From an uncultured Chloroflexia bacterium (GTDB taxonomy: Bacteria > Chloroflexota > Anaerolineae > Anaerolineales > UBA4823): a stretch of 64,000 bases of DNA. A program made the translations under genes and the position numbers. The notes beneath the pieces were generated by a model. It searched no databases, had not been told where the DNA came from, and worked only from the letters and a program-made list of their open reading frames with translations. The stretch lies in assembly GCA_963765565.1 (NCBI GenBank), contig CAVXWV010000010.1, forward strand, positions 197,046-261,045. Reading direction: 5' to 3'. Shown here piece after piece: positions 10,900 to 20,589 of the stretch; position 1 is the first letter of the stretch; every line of letters starts with the position of its first letter.

Positions 10900-11523
10900 A
10901 TGGCGACCCATTCTTTACTTACCTACCTCCGGCGAATCTTCCGCCGCACCCCGCCCATCACCGTGGTTTCGGGTCTGCCGCGCTCGGGGACTTCGATGAT
11001 GGTGAAGATGCTGGCCGCCGGCGGCATCGAGCCGATGACCGATGGCCTGCGCCAGGCCGACGACGACAACCCCAACGGCTACTTTGAGCTCGAGCGCGTT
11101 AAGAAGCTGCGCGAGGGTGACGCCGCCTGGCTCCAGGACGCCCCCGGCAAATCGATTAAGGTCATCTCTGCGCTCCTGGAGTACCTGCCGCCAGGCTACG
11201 ATTATCGTGTCCTGTTTATGCAGCGCAACCTGGGCGAGGTCCTGGCCTCGCAGCGGCAGATGCTCGCCAACCGCGGTGAAGCTTCTGACCAGGCCAGCGA
11301 CGAGCAGATGGCGCGCCGCTACCTCAGCCACCTCGAGGAGATCGACGCCTGGCTGAAAACCCGCCGGGATATTGAAACCCTCTACGTGCCCTATAATCGC
11401 CTGGTGCAGGACCCGCTGCCGTACATCCAGCAGGTGAATGCCTTCCTGGGCGGCGGGCTGGACCTCGAAGCCATGGCGAAGGTCGTCGATCCGAAGCTCT
11501 ACCGCAAGCGCAGCGGGAGCTAA
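10900..11523 (+). CDS. Sulfotransferase family protein
   Basis: 207-aa ORF. The N-terminal VVSGLPRSGTSMM matches the PAPS 5'-phosphosulfate-binding loop of sulfotransferases. Confidence 0.65.
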   Translation: MATHSLLTYLRRIFRRTPPITVVSGLPRSGTSMMVKMLAAGGIEPMTDGLRQADDDNPNGYFELERVKKLREGDAAWLQDAPGKSIKVISALLEYLPPGYDYRVLFMQRNLGEVLASQRQMLANRGEASDQASDEQMARRYLSHLEEIDAWLKTRRDIETLYVPYNRLVQDPLPYIQQVNAFLGGGLDLEAMAKVVDPKLYRKRSGS

Positions 11524-12149
11524 GCAGTTTCTGTTGCATCAGGCTCGCGTACTTCGCGAGCTTGGCGCACTGCGCGTGCTTGGCGAACTGCGCGTCCTTG
11601 GCGCACAATATCAGCAATATGTCCCAGGTGGGAGTCGTCGTGGCCCAGCCCAGCGATGAAGCACAGGATGGCGTTGCGCGGCTTGGCGTTGGGATAGCTG
11701 GCGGTGTGGGTGACCTCCAGGTGTGGCTCGTCCGGCCAGGCGTTCAGGTAGGCGTGCCGTATGCGCCGGCTCTCCTCCAGGCGCTGGCGTAACTGGGCGA
11801 CGCGGTGCACGCTCTCCCAGGGCACCTCGTAGCGCGAGCGCCCCTCGTAAACGATGCCGCGCGCCAGCTCGGCTGCCTGGGCGGCTGACTCCTCCGCGGA
11901 AGCGGTGGCATGCACGATCACATGCCCCAGCGTCCAGGCCAGGTTGGCGTCAACCGCATCGGCGGCGTAGTCATCCTTGGCGTCCGGGTCGCATGGGACA
12001 AACACCACGTCGGCATCCTCGGTGTCCCGGATCAGGTCCAGCATCGTGTCGACCATCTCGTCGGTCAGCCGGTGCAGGTCCTCGACGGTCAATCCTGCCC
12101 CAAGCTGTGCCAGGGAAATTTTTTTCGCGCGCACGGAGTTAAAAGTCAA
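11520..12149 (-). CDS. DinB-family (four-helix bundle, metal-binding) protein
   Basis: 209-aa ORF with spaced His motifs (WTLGHVIVHATASAEE, HDDSHLGHIADI). The C-terminal tail is encoded by an 18-bp tandem repeat. Confidence 0.6.
   Translation of the reverse strand: MTFNSVRAKKISLAQLGAGLTVEDLHRLTDEMVDTMLDLIRDTEDADVVFVPCDPDAKDDYAADAVDANLAWTLGHVIVHATASAEESAAQAAELARGIVYEGRSRYEVPWESVHRVAQLRQRLEESRRIRHAYLNAWPDEPHLEVTHTASYPNAKPRNAILCFIAGLGHDDSHLGHIADIVRQGRAVRQARAVRQAREVREPDATETA
11543..11606. repeat. 18-bp tandem repeat, about 3 units (cttggcgcactgcgcgtg)
   Basis: cttggcgcactgcgcgtg cttggcgaactgcgcgtc cttggcgcac, with a degenerate unit before. Encodes AVRQAR hexapeptide repeats on the minus strand. 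Confidence 0.8.
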
Positions 12150-12226
12150 GCATGGGGATATTTTAACATATGGGATGGACTGGGATACCGTATAATTTCC
12201 AGAAACAGGTTTCCAATGGAGTCTTC

Positions 12227-15200
12227 ATGTCAAACAGCGAGCTGAGCATTCTGAAAATCAAGCCGACAATCTTTCTCAAAAAAGCGGATTCTGGTCTGGC
12301 GCAAAAAGTCGAAGTGACGCTGCTGAACTCCACGCCGCAATCGCTGAATGTACTGCTGGAGGTGCGCGGCCTGGGGCTGCCACAGGAGTTCCCCCTGAGC
12401 GCCTCGCCGGGTCCCTCCACCCACGAGATATTCCTCCCCGAGATCGCCCAACCTCAGCCAATCGAGTTCGTCCTGCGCCACGGAGACGGCCTTGCCGATT
12501 TCCACAGCCTCGACTACCAGCCTCCCCGGCGCTGGGTGGTCCACGTCGTCCAGACTTCGCACCACGATGTCGGCTATACCGACCTGGCTTCGACCGTCCT
12601 CCAACAGCACGACCGCTGGCTGGACCAGGCCCTGGACTACGCCGCCCAGGCGGACTCTTTCCCCGAGGATGCCCAATTCCGCATCGTCATTGAGCAGGCC
12701 TGGTCGCTCGACCACTTCCTGAAGCGGGCCTCGCCTGGTCGCGCCGCCAAAATGCTCGAGCTGCTGCGCCAGGGGCGCTTCGAGCTGGCGGCGCTCTTCG
12801 GCAATCTCACCAGCGAGCTCTGCGGTCACGAGACGCTCGTGCGCGCTCTCTCCCACAGTTTGCGCCTGCAGCGGCTGCACGGCATCCCCCTGACCTCGGC
12901 AGAGCACAACGACATCCCCGGCATGAGCTGGGGTCTGGCGCGCCTGCTCAGCGACGCCGGCATCAAGATCTTCATCCCCGGGCTGCCGCTCTACTACAAC
13001 TGGGGCAACCTGGGCATGCAATCCTTCTGGGACCAGCAGGCGATCTTCGGTCACGACGGGCCGGGCGCCTTCTGGTGGCAGGCGCCCTCGGGCAAGAAGC
13101 TGCTCTTGTGGTGCAACAACAGCGGCTGCGGCGGCGACTGCCGGGCGGACCTGCCCGGGCTGGCTGAGAAGCTTCAGGCCTGGGAGGACACCGGCTACCC
13201 CTACTCGGTGATGCGCTGGCCCGTCATCGGCGCCGAGCGCGACAACTCGCCCTATATCGCCGGGTACAGCGAGCACATTAAAGTCTGGAACGCGCAGTGG
13301 GCCTTCCCACGCCTGGTCTGCAGCACCAATGCCCGCTTCTACCAGGACTTCGTGCAGCAAATCCCTGGCGACCTGCCGACCTGGCGCGGCGAGCTGCCCG
13401 GGCAGGATTACCCGGTGGCTGCGGCCTCGACCGCGAAAGCCACTGCCGTTAACCGTGGCAACCATGTTGGCGCGCCCGCTGCCGAGAAGCTGGCTGTTTT
13501 GGCGGAGCTGCTGGCGGGCAGCGAATACCCGAGCGAGCTGCTCTTCGACACCTACGCGGAAATCCTCTGGCACGACGAGCACACCTGGGGGTTCCTCTTC
13601 CCTGCAGGGCCTGCAGTGGACGTTGCTGAAGCCGAGAAAGCCCTGCACGCCTACCGCGCCGCTGCCCACATCCACCAGGTCTTCGACAAAGCCCTCGCCC
13701 GGATTGCAGACCAGGTCAGCCTGGGGACGGGCGATTACCACCTGGTGGTCTTCAACCCCGCCGGCATGCCGCGCACGGGCCTGGTGCGCGCCCCGCTGCG
13801 CGAGAACGACAACTGCGGCGGCTCGATCCACGCTGTCCCGCCTGAAATTGACTCGCACGGCTCAGGCTACCTGAAAGGTGTGCTCCTGACCGATCGCTGG
13901 CACCTCAACCTTCCGCTAGAGCTGATCGCCGGCAACTTCGACCTGGTGGATGTCACGAATGGGCAACCCGTGCCCTTCCAGGTCATCGAGCTCGAGCCGG
14001 GCGATCCCGTTCCCTTTGCCAGCCAGCGTGCAGGATTGGGAGCGGGCACTGCCCGCCTGGGGTCGTTCGAACAGCCCGCCGGCATCCGCCGTGACCTCTG
14101 CTTCGTTGCCCGCGACCTCCCGGCCCATGGCTACAAGACCTATCGCCTGGCGCCTCGTCCTGCCGCAGCGTCCCCCAGGGCGACTACGGCTCCGGGTGAA
14201 CCGGACAAGCTCGTCATCGAGAACGAGTTCTACCGCGTTTCGGTGGACAGGCAGAGTGGACGTGTGTTGCAGGTGTTCGACAAGATGAACAGCCTCAGCC
14301 TCCTCGATCCCGCCTGCCCGCATGGCCTGGGCGAGCTGGTGGTGCGCTCGCCGCTGCATCCCGGCGAGTTCCTGCTCGAGCGTAGCGGGGCGCGCCTGGT
14401 CCTGGATGGTCCCATTGTTTCAGCGATCGAGATCACCGGCAGGGCGCACGGTCACCCGCAGGTGACCGTGCGCCTGAGCCTCTACGCCGGGTTGGCGCAT
14501 CTTTATCTGGATGTGCGGGTACTCAAGGACGCCTCGCCGCTCCTGGACGCCCAGCTTGCCTTCCCCTTCCAGGTCGACCAGCCGGCGTTCCGCTATGAGA
14601 GCGCTCTCAGCGTCATGAGCCCCATCCGCGACTACTTGCCCGGCTCGTATTCCGACGCGGTCACCGTCCAGAACTGGGTCAAGGTCAGCGGCGCCGGCAG
14701 GAGCGTCCTCTGGTCGAGCCTGGACGCCCCGGTGGCGGGCCTGGGCGGCCTGTGGCCGGGCTACGTCTCACCGGCGCACCGGGCGCTGGTCGACCCGGCT
14801 ACCTTTCACCCGCCCCTGGCCGAGCAGGATTTGAGCCGTGGCTGGATCTATTCGAAAGTCTTTTACAATAACCTGGGCACCAACTTCGCCGCCTCCCAGG
14901 TCTGCGATGTCCTCTTTCGCTACGTGATCGCCTCTGCTGAGGGGGATGTCGGTGATGCCCAGGCGGCAGCCTTTGGCTGGGAGGCGGTCACACCCTTCCA
15001 CCAGGTCTTCACCGGCGGCAAGCCCAGGCAGGGGACCCTGCCGCCCTCCGCCAGCCTGGTCGAGCTGCAGAACCCGCAGGTTGTCCTGCTGGCTTTAAAG
15101 AAGGCCGAGGACGGTGCAGGCTACGTCCTGCGCCTGTGGAACCTGGCGGATACACCACAAACCACGCGCCTCCACTTCCCCAACTTGAAGTTGAAAGCTG

Positions 15201-15253
15201 CCTGGCACTCCAACCTGGCCGAGGGCGAAGCTGGAATCTATCCAGATCCATGA
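12227..15253 (+). CDS. GH38-like alpha-mannosidase family protein
   Basis: Track ORF 12170..15253; ATG at 12227. N-terminal metal-site-like VVQTSHHDVGYTD and a later WHDEHTWG, with size of about 1000 aa, fit GH38-type mannosidases. Family call is from memory of motifs only. Confidence 0.55.
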   Translation: MSNSELSILKIKPTIFLKKADSGLAQKVEVTLLNSTPQSLNVLLEVRGLGLPQEFPLSASPGPSTHEIFLPEIAQPQPIEFVLRHGDGLADFHSLDYQPPRRWVVHVVQTSHHDVGYTDLASTVLQQHDRWLDQALDYAAQADSFPEDAQFRIVIEQAWSLDHFLKRASPGRAAKMLELLRQGRFELAALFGNLTSELCGHETLVRALSHSLRLQRLHGIPLTSAEHNDIPGMSWGLARLLSDAGIKIFIPGLPLYYNWGNLGMQSFWDQQAIFGHDGPGAFWWQAPSGKKLLLWCNNSGCGGDCRADLPGLAEKLQAWEDTGYPYSVMRWPVIGAERDNSPYIAGYSEHIKVWNAQWAFPRLVCSTNARFYQDFVQQIPGDLPTWRGELPGQDYPVAAASTAKATAVNRGNHVGAPAAEKLAVLAELLAGSEYPSELLFDTYAEILWHDEHTWGFLFPAGPAVDVAEAEKALHAYRAAAHIHQVFDKALARIADQVSLGTGDYHLVVFNPAGMPRTGLVRAPLRENDNCGGSIHAVPPEIDSHGSGYLKGVLLTDRWHLNLPLELIAGNFDLVDVTNGQPVPFQVIELEPGDPVPFASQRAGLGAGTARLGSFEQPAGIRRDLCFVARDLPAHGYKTYRLAPRPAAASPRATTAPGEPDKLVIENEFYRVSVDRQSGRVLQVFDKMNSLSLLDPACPHGLGELVVRSPLHPGEFLLERSGARLVLDGPIVSAIEITGRAHGHPQVTVRLSLYAGLAHLYLDVRVLKDASPLLDAQLAFPFQVDQPAFRYESALSVMSPIRDYLPGSYSDAVTVQNWVKVSGAGRSVLWSSLDAPVAGLGGLWPGYVSPAHRALVDPATFHPPLAEQDLSRGWIYSKVFYNNLGTNFAASQVCDVLFRYVIASAEGDVGDAQAAAFGWEAVTPFHQVFTGGKPRQGTLPPSASLVELQNPQVVLLALKKAEDGAGYVLRLWNLADTPQTTRLHFPNLKLKAAWHSNLAEGEAGIYPDP

Positions 15254-15317
15254 TCCACATGTCCTGGCATCCGAGATCGACTCTGATGCTGTCGATACCA
15301 TTCGAATTCAGTTGTTT

Positions 15318-15369
15318 TAAACCTTGCGAAGGTGTGCACCGCTCTTTGGTGCACACCTTCGCAAGGTTA
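15318..15369 (+). terminator. Perfect 22-bp inverted repeat with 7-nt loop between GH38-like gene and isomerase gene
   Basis: taaccttgcgaaggtgtgcacc gctcttt ggtgcacaccttcgcaaggtta. No T-tract follows, so it may instead be an operator or RNA-stability element. Confidence 0.4.
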
Positions 15370-15385
15370 TAAATAAGGAGCAACC

Positions 15386-16360
15386 ATGCAACGAAAATAC
15401 GCTTTCATCCTGGGCAACCTGGGTAACACCAAGGACCGCTTCTGCAGTGGCTACAAGGACAACCCCTCCACCGCCGAGATGCTCAAGCAAGCGGCTGCCA
15501 TCCCCCACGTGCGCGGCGTCGAGCTGGTGGGCACCTGGGACATCCGCACCGACAACGCCGCCGAGATGAAGACCGCTCTGGGCGACCTGGGCCTCGAGTG
15601 TGTCTCCATCATCCCCGACCTCTTCGCCGATCCCATCTACTGGAAGGGCAGCTACACCAGTCCCGATCCCAAGGTGCGCCGGCGCGCCATTGAGGATACG
15701 CGTGCGATGTGCGAGATCGCCCTCGACCTGGGCTGCCAGATCCTCAATCTCTGGCCTGGGCAGGACGGCTACGACTACCTGCTCTGCGCCGACTACGCCG
15801 CCCAGCGCCAGTGGATGTGCGAGGCTGTGGCCGGCCTGGCGCAGCAATATCCCTCCTTGCAGTTCGCCCTCGAATACAAGCCCAAGGAACCGCGCACCCA
15901 CTCGACCCTGGCGCGCATGGCCGACAGCCTGCTGCTGGCGCAGGAGACGGGCTGCACCAACGTCGGCGTGACCATCGACACCGGGCACGCCTTCGTCGGC
16001 GGTGAGGTCGTCGGCGAGGCCATCGTCCTGGCAAAACGCGCCGGGAACCGCCTCTTCCACATGCACTTCAACGACAACTTCGGGCAGTGGGACGACGATA
16101 TGATCGTCGGCTCGGTGCACAGCGCCTGCTTCCTGGAGCTGCTCTACTGGCTGGATCGCTGCGAATATGCTGGCTGGCTTTCGATGGACCAGTACCCCTA
16201 CCGCGAGGACGGCCCAGGCGCCATCACCGAGAGCATCCTCTGGCTGTGCCGCTTTGACGAGATCCTCCAGGCAAACCGCACCGAGATCGACGGGTTGGTG
16301 GCTCAGGGCGACGCCGTGGCCACCTCGCGCTTCCTGCGCAAGGCGTTGTCGGGAGGCTGA
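15386..16360 (+). CDS. Sugar phosphate isomerase/epimerase (xylose-isomerase-like TIM barrel)
   Basis: 324-aa ORF preceded by aaggag. Family-typical segments LNLWPGQDGYDY, ALEYKPKEPR, TIDTGHA, HMHFNDN. Confidence 0.75.
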   Translation: MQRKYAFILGNLGNTKDRFCSGYKDNPSTAEMLKQAAAIPHVRGVELVGTWDIRTDNAAEMKTALGDLGLECVSIIPDLFADPIYWKGSYTSPDPKVRRRAIEDTRAMCEIALDLGCQILNLWPGQDGYDYLLCADYAAQRQWMCEAVAGLAQQYPSLQFALEYKPKEPRTHSTLARMADSLLLAQETGCTNVGVTIDTGHAFVGGEVVGEAIVLAKRAGNRLFHMHFNDNFGQWDDDMIVGSVHSACFLELLYWLDRCEYAGWLSMDQYPYREDGPGAITESILWLCRFDEILQANRTEIDGLVAQGDAVATSRFLRKALSGG

Positions 16361-16421
16361 GGGGCCAGGATTTCCTGGAACAGTCACAGCCCCCCTCTTT
16401 GCCTGGCTGTTGAATTACCGC

Positions 16422-17291
16422 TTAGGGCATTTCTTTGAAAGCCTGCATCGGAGCGTAAGCGACCCCAACCATACTTGGACCGGTATGCGCGCCCAGGACA
16501 AGCGACATCGGACCGACGGGTAACCAGGTGCATTGAAAGCGTTGGTCCACTTCCTGGCGCAGCATCTCGGCGCCCTCCGGGTTGTCTGAGTAGAGCACCT
16601 GGGCTCTTAAGGCAGTTCCAGGCGGGTGCTGTTTGCTAACCAGGTCCGACAGCCCTCTGACTGCCGCCTTGAAAGTTCTGGCTTGTCCTTGTTGTGTATA
16701 AGTACCCTTGATTTTCTCCACGCCGATCATGGGTTTTAAATTTAACAGGGAAGCAATCAATCCTTTAAAATGGCTGATCCGCCCGCCGTGGATCAGGTAC
16801 TTCAGCTCATCCAAGGTGTACAGGCTGTCGCTGGCGTCTCCAATACGAGCCAGCAGGGACAGAATTTTCTCCTTGCTCCAACCAGCCCGGACGCCTCGCA
16901 AGGCCGCCTCGACCTGCCATCCGGCTGCGGCTGACAAGGTCTTTGTATCAACAATGGTTACATTGGCCTCCGGGACTTCCGCGGCCCCGGCCTTGGCAGC
17001 ATTCACCGTTCCACTCAGCCCTGAGGATATGTGAATCGAGAGAATTTCCGGGTCAGTGGCTGCCAGCCGCCGGTATGTCTCGGCAAAGGTTCCCGCCGAG
17101 GGTTGTGAAGTCACCGGAAGGCTGTCTGTGGCAGCCAGGAGTTTATAAAATTCTTTTGGCTGGATGTCCACCGCTTCGCGGTAAGACTTGCCATCCAGGG
17201 TAACCACCAGGGGCACAATATGCACTTCCAATCCTTCGGCTTTCAACACGGGCAGGCATACATCGGTTCCACTATCCGTTACAATTTGCAT
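16422..17291 (-). CDS. DegV-family fatty-acid-binding protein
   Basis: 289-aa ORF. MQIVTDSGTDV..., TSQPSAGTF, SIHISSGLSGT and LKYLIHGGRIS are classical DegV blocks. Confidence 0.85.
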   Translation of the reverse strand: MQIVTDSGTDVCLPVLKAEGLEVHIVPLVVTLDGKSYREAVDIQPKEFYKLLAATDSLPVTSQPSAGTFAETYRRLAATDPEILSIHISSGLSGTVNAAKAGAAEVPEANVTIVDTKTLSAAAGWQVEAALRGVRAGWSKEKILSLLARIGDASDSLYTLDELKYLIHGGRISHFKGLIASLLNLKPMIGVEKIKGTYTQQGQARTFKAAVRGLSDLVSKQHPPGTALRAQVLYSDNPEGAEMLRQEVDQRFQCTWLPVGPMSLVLGAHTGPSMVGVAYAPMQAFKEMP

Positions 17292-17443
17292 GTTTATCTC
17301 TCCTTTTACGTTATTAACCCATACTTGGGCTGACAGTTACAGCCCGACCTTGGAGACAAGTGGAACTCAATCTCACTGGCAAGGATTATAATCAATTATG
17401 GGGGCATTCTTGATCACTTTAGTCCTAGAGGAGAAGGAACGAA

Positions 17444-18650
17444 ATGATTAAACAAGCATTTGAACAAGGCGAAGGAATTCTGCGCCTGTCTCCCACCTGG
17501 GTGCCGCGCGCCTTTTGCATCCCCGGCAAGCGCATCAAGCTGCATCCGGCGGATACGTATGCTTTTGGGGCAAACCGCGGCGGCATCGACGAGCGCTGGT
17601 TTTCCTCCACCACCAAAGCCGACAACGGTCCGCTGACCACGCCCGACGAAGGCTTGAGCTACGTCGTCTGCGGGGACTCGGACTCCGCCCCGAAAGTGCT
17701 GCTGGCGGATGCGGTGACCGAGCTGGGGGCGCAGCTTCTGGGTGAGGCAATGTGGCGTAACTATGGGAAATGGCCCATCTACTCCAAGTTTTTTGATAAC
17801 CGCGCCCCGCTGCCGCACCACCTGCACCAGCGGCCCGAGCACGCTGCTCTGGTGGGTATGGAGGGCAAACCCGAGTCGTATTACTTCCCGGCGCAGTTAA
17901 ATAACTACGGTGCCGAGTTCCCGCACACCTACTTCGGCCTGGAGCCTGGGACCAGGCCCGAACAGGTGCGCCGCTGCCTGGAGGTCTGGAACCAGGGCGA
18001 CAACCGCATCACCGACCTCTCCAAAGCCTACCGCCTCGAGCCGGGTACCGGCTGGTACGTGCCCGCCGGAGTATTGCACGCCCCGGGCAGCTACTGCACC
18101 TACGAGCCGCAGTGGGCCAGCGACGTCTTTGCCATGTTCCAGTCCCTGGTCAGCGAGGTGCCCATCGCCTGGGACCTGCTGGTGAAAAATGTTCCGGATG
18201 ATAAGCGCAATGACCTGGATTTCCTGGTCTCGATGATCGATTGGGAGACCAACACCGTCTCAAACTTCAAAGAGCGCTTCTTCCGCCCGCCGGTGCCGGT
18301 GAAAGATGCCGTGGAGATGCAAGAGGCAGGCTACGTTGAGAATTGGATCAGCTACGGCAACCCCTACTTTGCCGCCAAGGAGCTGACCGTCCTCCCTGGG
18401 CTGCACCGTTACGGTTCACGACAGTGGCCCGTACGGCATGATCATGCTCCAGGGGCACGGCAGGATGGGCGCCTGGCAGGTCGAGACCCCGGCCTTGATC
18501 CGCTTTGGCCAGCTCACGCACGACGAGTTTTTCGTCTCGGCCCAGGCGGCTGCCGCTGGGGTCAGGATCAGCAATCCCAGCCCCAGCGATCCCATCGTCA
18601 TGCTCAAGCACTTCGGCCCGCACGCCGAGGCTGAGAAGGTCAGCGCCTGA
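17444..18650 (+). CDS. Cupin-fold sugar isomerase-like protein (mannose-6-phosphate-isomerase-related), one frame break near 18400
   Basis: Track ORF 17444..18634 loses protein-like character after ...KELTVLPG. Track ORF 18438..18650 (MIMLQGHGRMGAWQVETPALIRFGQLTHDEFFV) supplies a cupin-like C-terminus. Confidence 0.45.
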
Positions 18651-18659
18651 GGTCGCCGG

Positions 18660-19254
18660 ATGGATCCTTTCCAGCTCGATCCTCCCACCGGGTTCACTTC
18701 CGAGCGCCTGGTTTTACGCGCCTACCGTCCGGACGATGCCCCTCTATACTTCCGTATGGTTCGTGAGAACTGGGACCATCTCTACGAGTTCCTGCCCTCC
18801 AACCTCGAGACCCTGCAGGGCGCCGCGGATGCTGAGGCCTTCATCCGTTGGCAGAATTCCGAATGGCAGCAGCGGCAGCCTCTTCATTTTCAGTGCCTGG
18901 GAAAAAACCTCCGGCAGGTATGTTGGCGAGACCTACCTGGCCAATCCCGATTGGCACGTGCCGAGTCTCGAGCTGGGGTATTTCGTGGTCCAGGCCAGCA
19001 CCGGCATGGGATATGCCACCGAGGCGGCGCGCGCCACTGTGCGTTATGCTTTTGAGCAATTCCAGGTGAGCCGCGTGGATCTGCAGTGCCGGGCGGACAA
19101 CCTCGCCAGCCAGCGCGTCGCCGAACGCTGCGGTTTTCGTCTGGAAGGCAGCCAGCGTCTGCGCCACCGCCGCAAAGACGGCCTCCTCGTCGACCGCCTC
19201 TGGTACGGCTTGCTGCGTTCGGAGTGGCAGGCAAACTCGGCAGCAGCCACCTAA
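18660..19254 (+). CDS. GNAT N-acetyltransferase (RimJ/RimL-like), one frame break near 18885
   Basis: Track ORF 18660..19055 gives the N-terminal part (TSERLVLRAYRPDDAPLY). The frame of 18505..19254 gives the C-terminal part (LELGYFVVQASTGMGYATEAARA...AERCGFRLEG). Confidence 0.7.
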
Positions 19255-19282
19255 TTTATGCTATAATCCCTGGCGCGTAACA

Positions 19283-19373
<91 letters not shown>

Positions 19374-19403
19374 AACATACGAAGGCTGCGATCGCTCAGT
19401 GCA

Positions 19404-19441
19404 AGCTGGGCGATTTTGCTTTTAATCGCCCAGCTTTTTTT
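19404..19441 (+). terminator. Rho-independent terminator after tRNA-Ser
   Basis: 12-bp stem agctgggcgatt / aatcgcccagct with an 8-nt loop, followed by a T7 run. Confidence 0.8.
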
Positions 19442-19484
19442 AGTTTTTAATGTATCATGAGATCCTATTTTTATATGAAACCTC

Positions 19485-19515
19485 TTGACTTGGAGTCAAC
19501 TCCAGGTGGTAAACT
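19485..19515 (+). promoter_or_regulatory. Candidate promoter with 19-nt spacer containing a dyad (MerR-type architecture)
   Basis: TTGACT (19485-19490), 19-nt spacer tggagtcaactccaggtgg containing TGGAG-N4-CTCCA, then TAAACT (19510-19515). Lies 90 nt upstream of the aldo-keto reductase ATG. Confidence 0.3.
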
Positions 19516-19605
19516 GATATTTGGAGGTGAAACGATGAGGATTGGGGAAGTGAGTGAAAGAAAATGAGATTTCAGTCGGGTTAATTTCACCAAAGGAGTA
19601 ACTCC

Positions 19606-20589
19606 ATGGAATACGCACGACTTGGCAACACCGGCATGAAAGTTTCCCGTTTCTGCCTCGGCTGTATGGGTTTCGGTGACGCGCAGCGTTGGGTTCACAA
19701 ATGGGTGCTTAACGAGGAAAGCAGCCGTCCAATTATCCAAAAAGCGCTCGAACTGGGTGTCAATTTCTTCGATACTGCCAACGTTTATTCGGTTGGGGTA
19801 AGTGAAGAAATTCTTGGCCGGGCCTTGAGGGATTTCGCCAGGCGAGACGAGGTCGTTATCGCCACCAAGGTGCATGGCAAAATGTTCGAGGGGCCAAATG
19901 GCTCCGGTCTTTCGCGCAAGGCGATCCTCAGCGAGATCAATAAAAGCTTGAAGCGGCTCGAAACCGATTATGTGGACCTGTACATCATCCATCGTTGGGA
20001 TTACGAGACCCCTATCGAGGAGACGATGGAAGCATTGCATGATGTGATCCGGGCTGGCAAAGCGCGTTACATCGGCGCATCCGCCATGTGGGCCTGGCAG
20101 TTCCAGAAGGCGCAGCGCGTTGCCGAAAAGAATCACTGGACTCGCTTCGTCTCCATGCAAAATCACCTGAACCTGATCTACCGCGAAGAAGAGCGCGAGA
20201 TGCTGCCATTTTGCTGCGACGAAAAGATTGGTGTGACCCCCTACAGCCCGCTTGCTTCAGGCAGGTTGACCCGCGACTGGTCATTGGAGGGCACGCTACG
20301 CTCCGAGACCGATCAAATCCAGAAAATGAAATATGACGCATCCACGGAAAGCGACCGTCCCGTTGTGGAACGTGTGGCCGAGCTTGCGGAAAAATACGGG
20401 GCGTCGCGCGCTCATATCGCGCTGGCCTGGCTGCTGCAAAAAGAACCCGTGACAGCGCCTATCATTGGGGCGACCAAGATTTCGCACCTGGAAGAAGCCA
20501 TCGGGACGTTTTTCGTGAAGTTGACCCCGGAAGATGTCACTTACCTGGAAGAACCCTACATCCCGCATCGCATTGTGGGGCATCAGTAA
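19606..20589 (+). CDS. Aldo-keto reductase
   Basis: 327-aa ORF. GLGCMGFG, FFDTANVYS.G.SEEILG, DYVDLYIIHRWD and IGASAMWAWQ are AKR family blocks. Confidence 0.9.
   Translation: MEYARLGNTGMKVSRFCLGCMGFGDAQRWVHKWVLNEESSRPIIQKALELGVNFFDTANVYSVGVSEEILGRALRDFARRDEVVIATKVHGKMFEGPNGSGLSRKAILSEINKSLKRLETDYVDLYIIHRWDYETPIEETMEALHDVIRAGKARYIGASAMWAWQFQKAQRVAEKNHWTRFVSMQNHLNLIYREEEREMLPFCCDEKIGVTPYSPLASGRLTRDWSLEGTLRSETDQIQKMKYDASTESDRPVVERVAELAEKYGASRAHIALAWLLQKEPVTAPIIGATKISHLEEAIGTFFVKLTPEDVTYLEEPYIPHRIVGHQ

Noticed and set aside
12230-13858. 542-aa ORF on the minus strand
   Set aside because: It lies entirely antisense to the GH38-like gene. The Arg/Gly/Ala/Pro-rich, low-complexity translation is typical of shadow ORFs in high-GC DNA. 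The same applies to 52..741, 6966..7721, 10121..10720, 15317..16387, 33322..34302, 38633..39526, 40007..40678, 49215..50009 and 50976..51707.
19471-20166. 231-aa minus-strand ORF
   Set aside because: It is antisense to the clearly conserved aldo-keto reductase gene and has no recognisable motifs.
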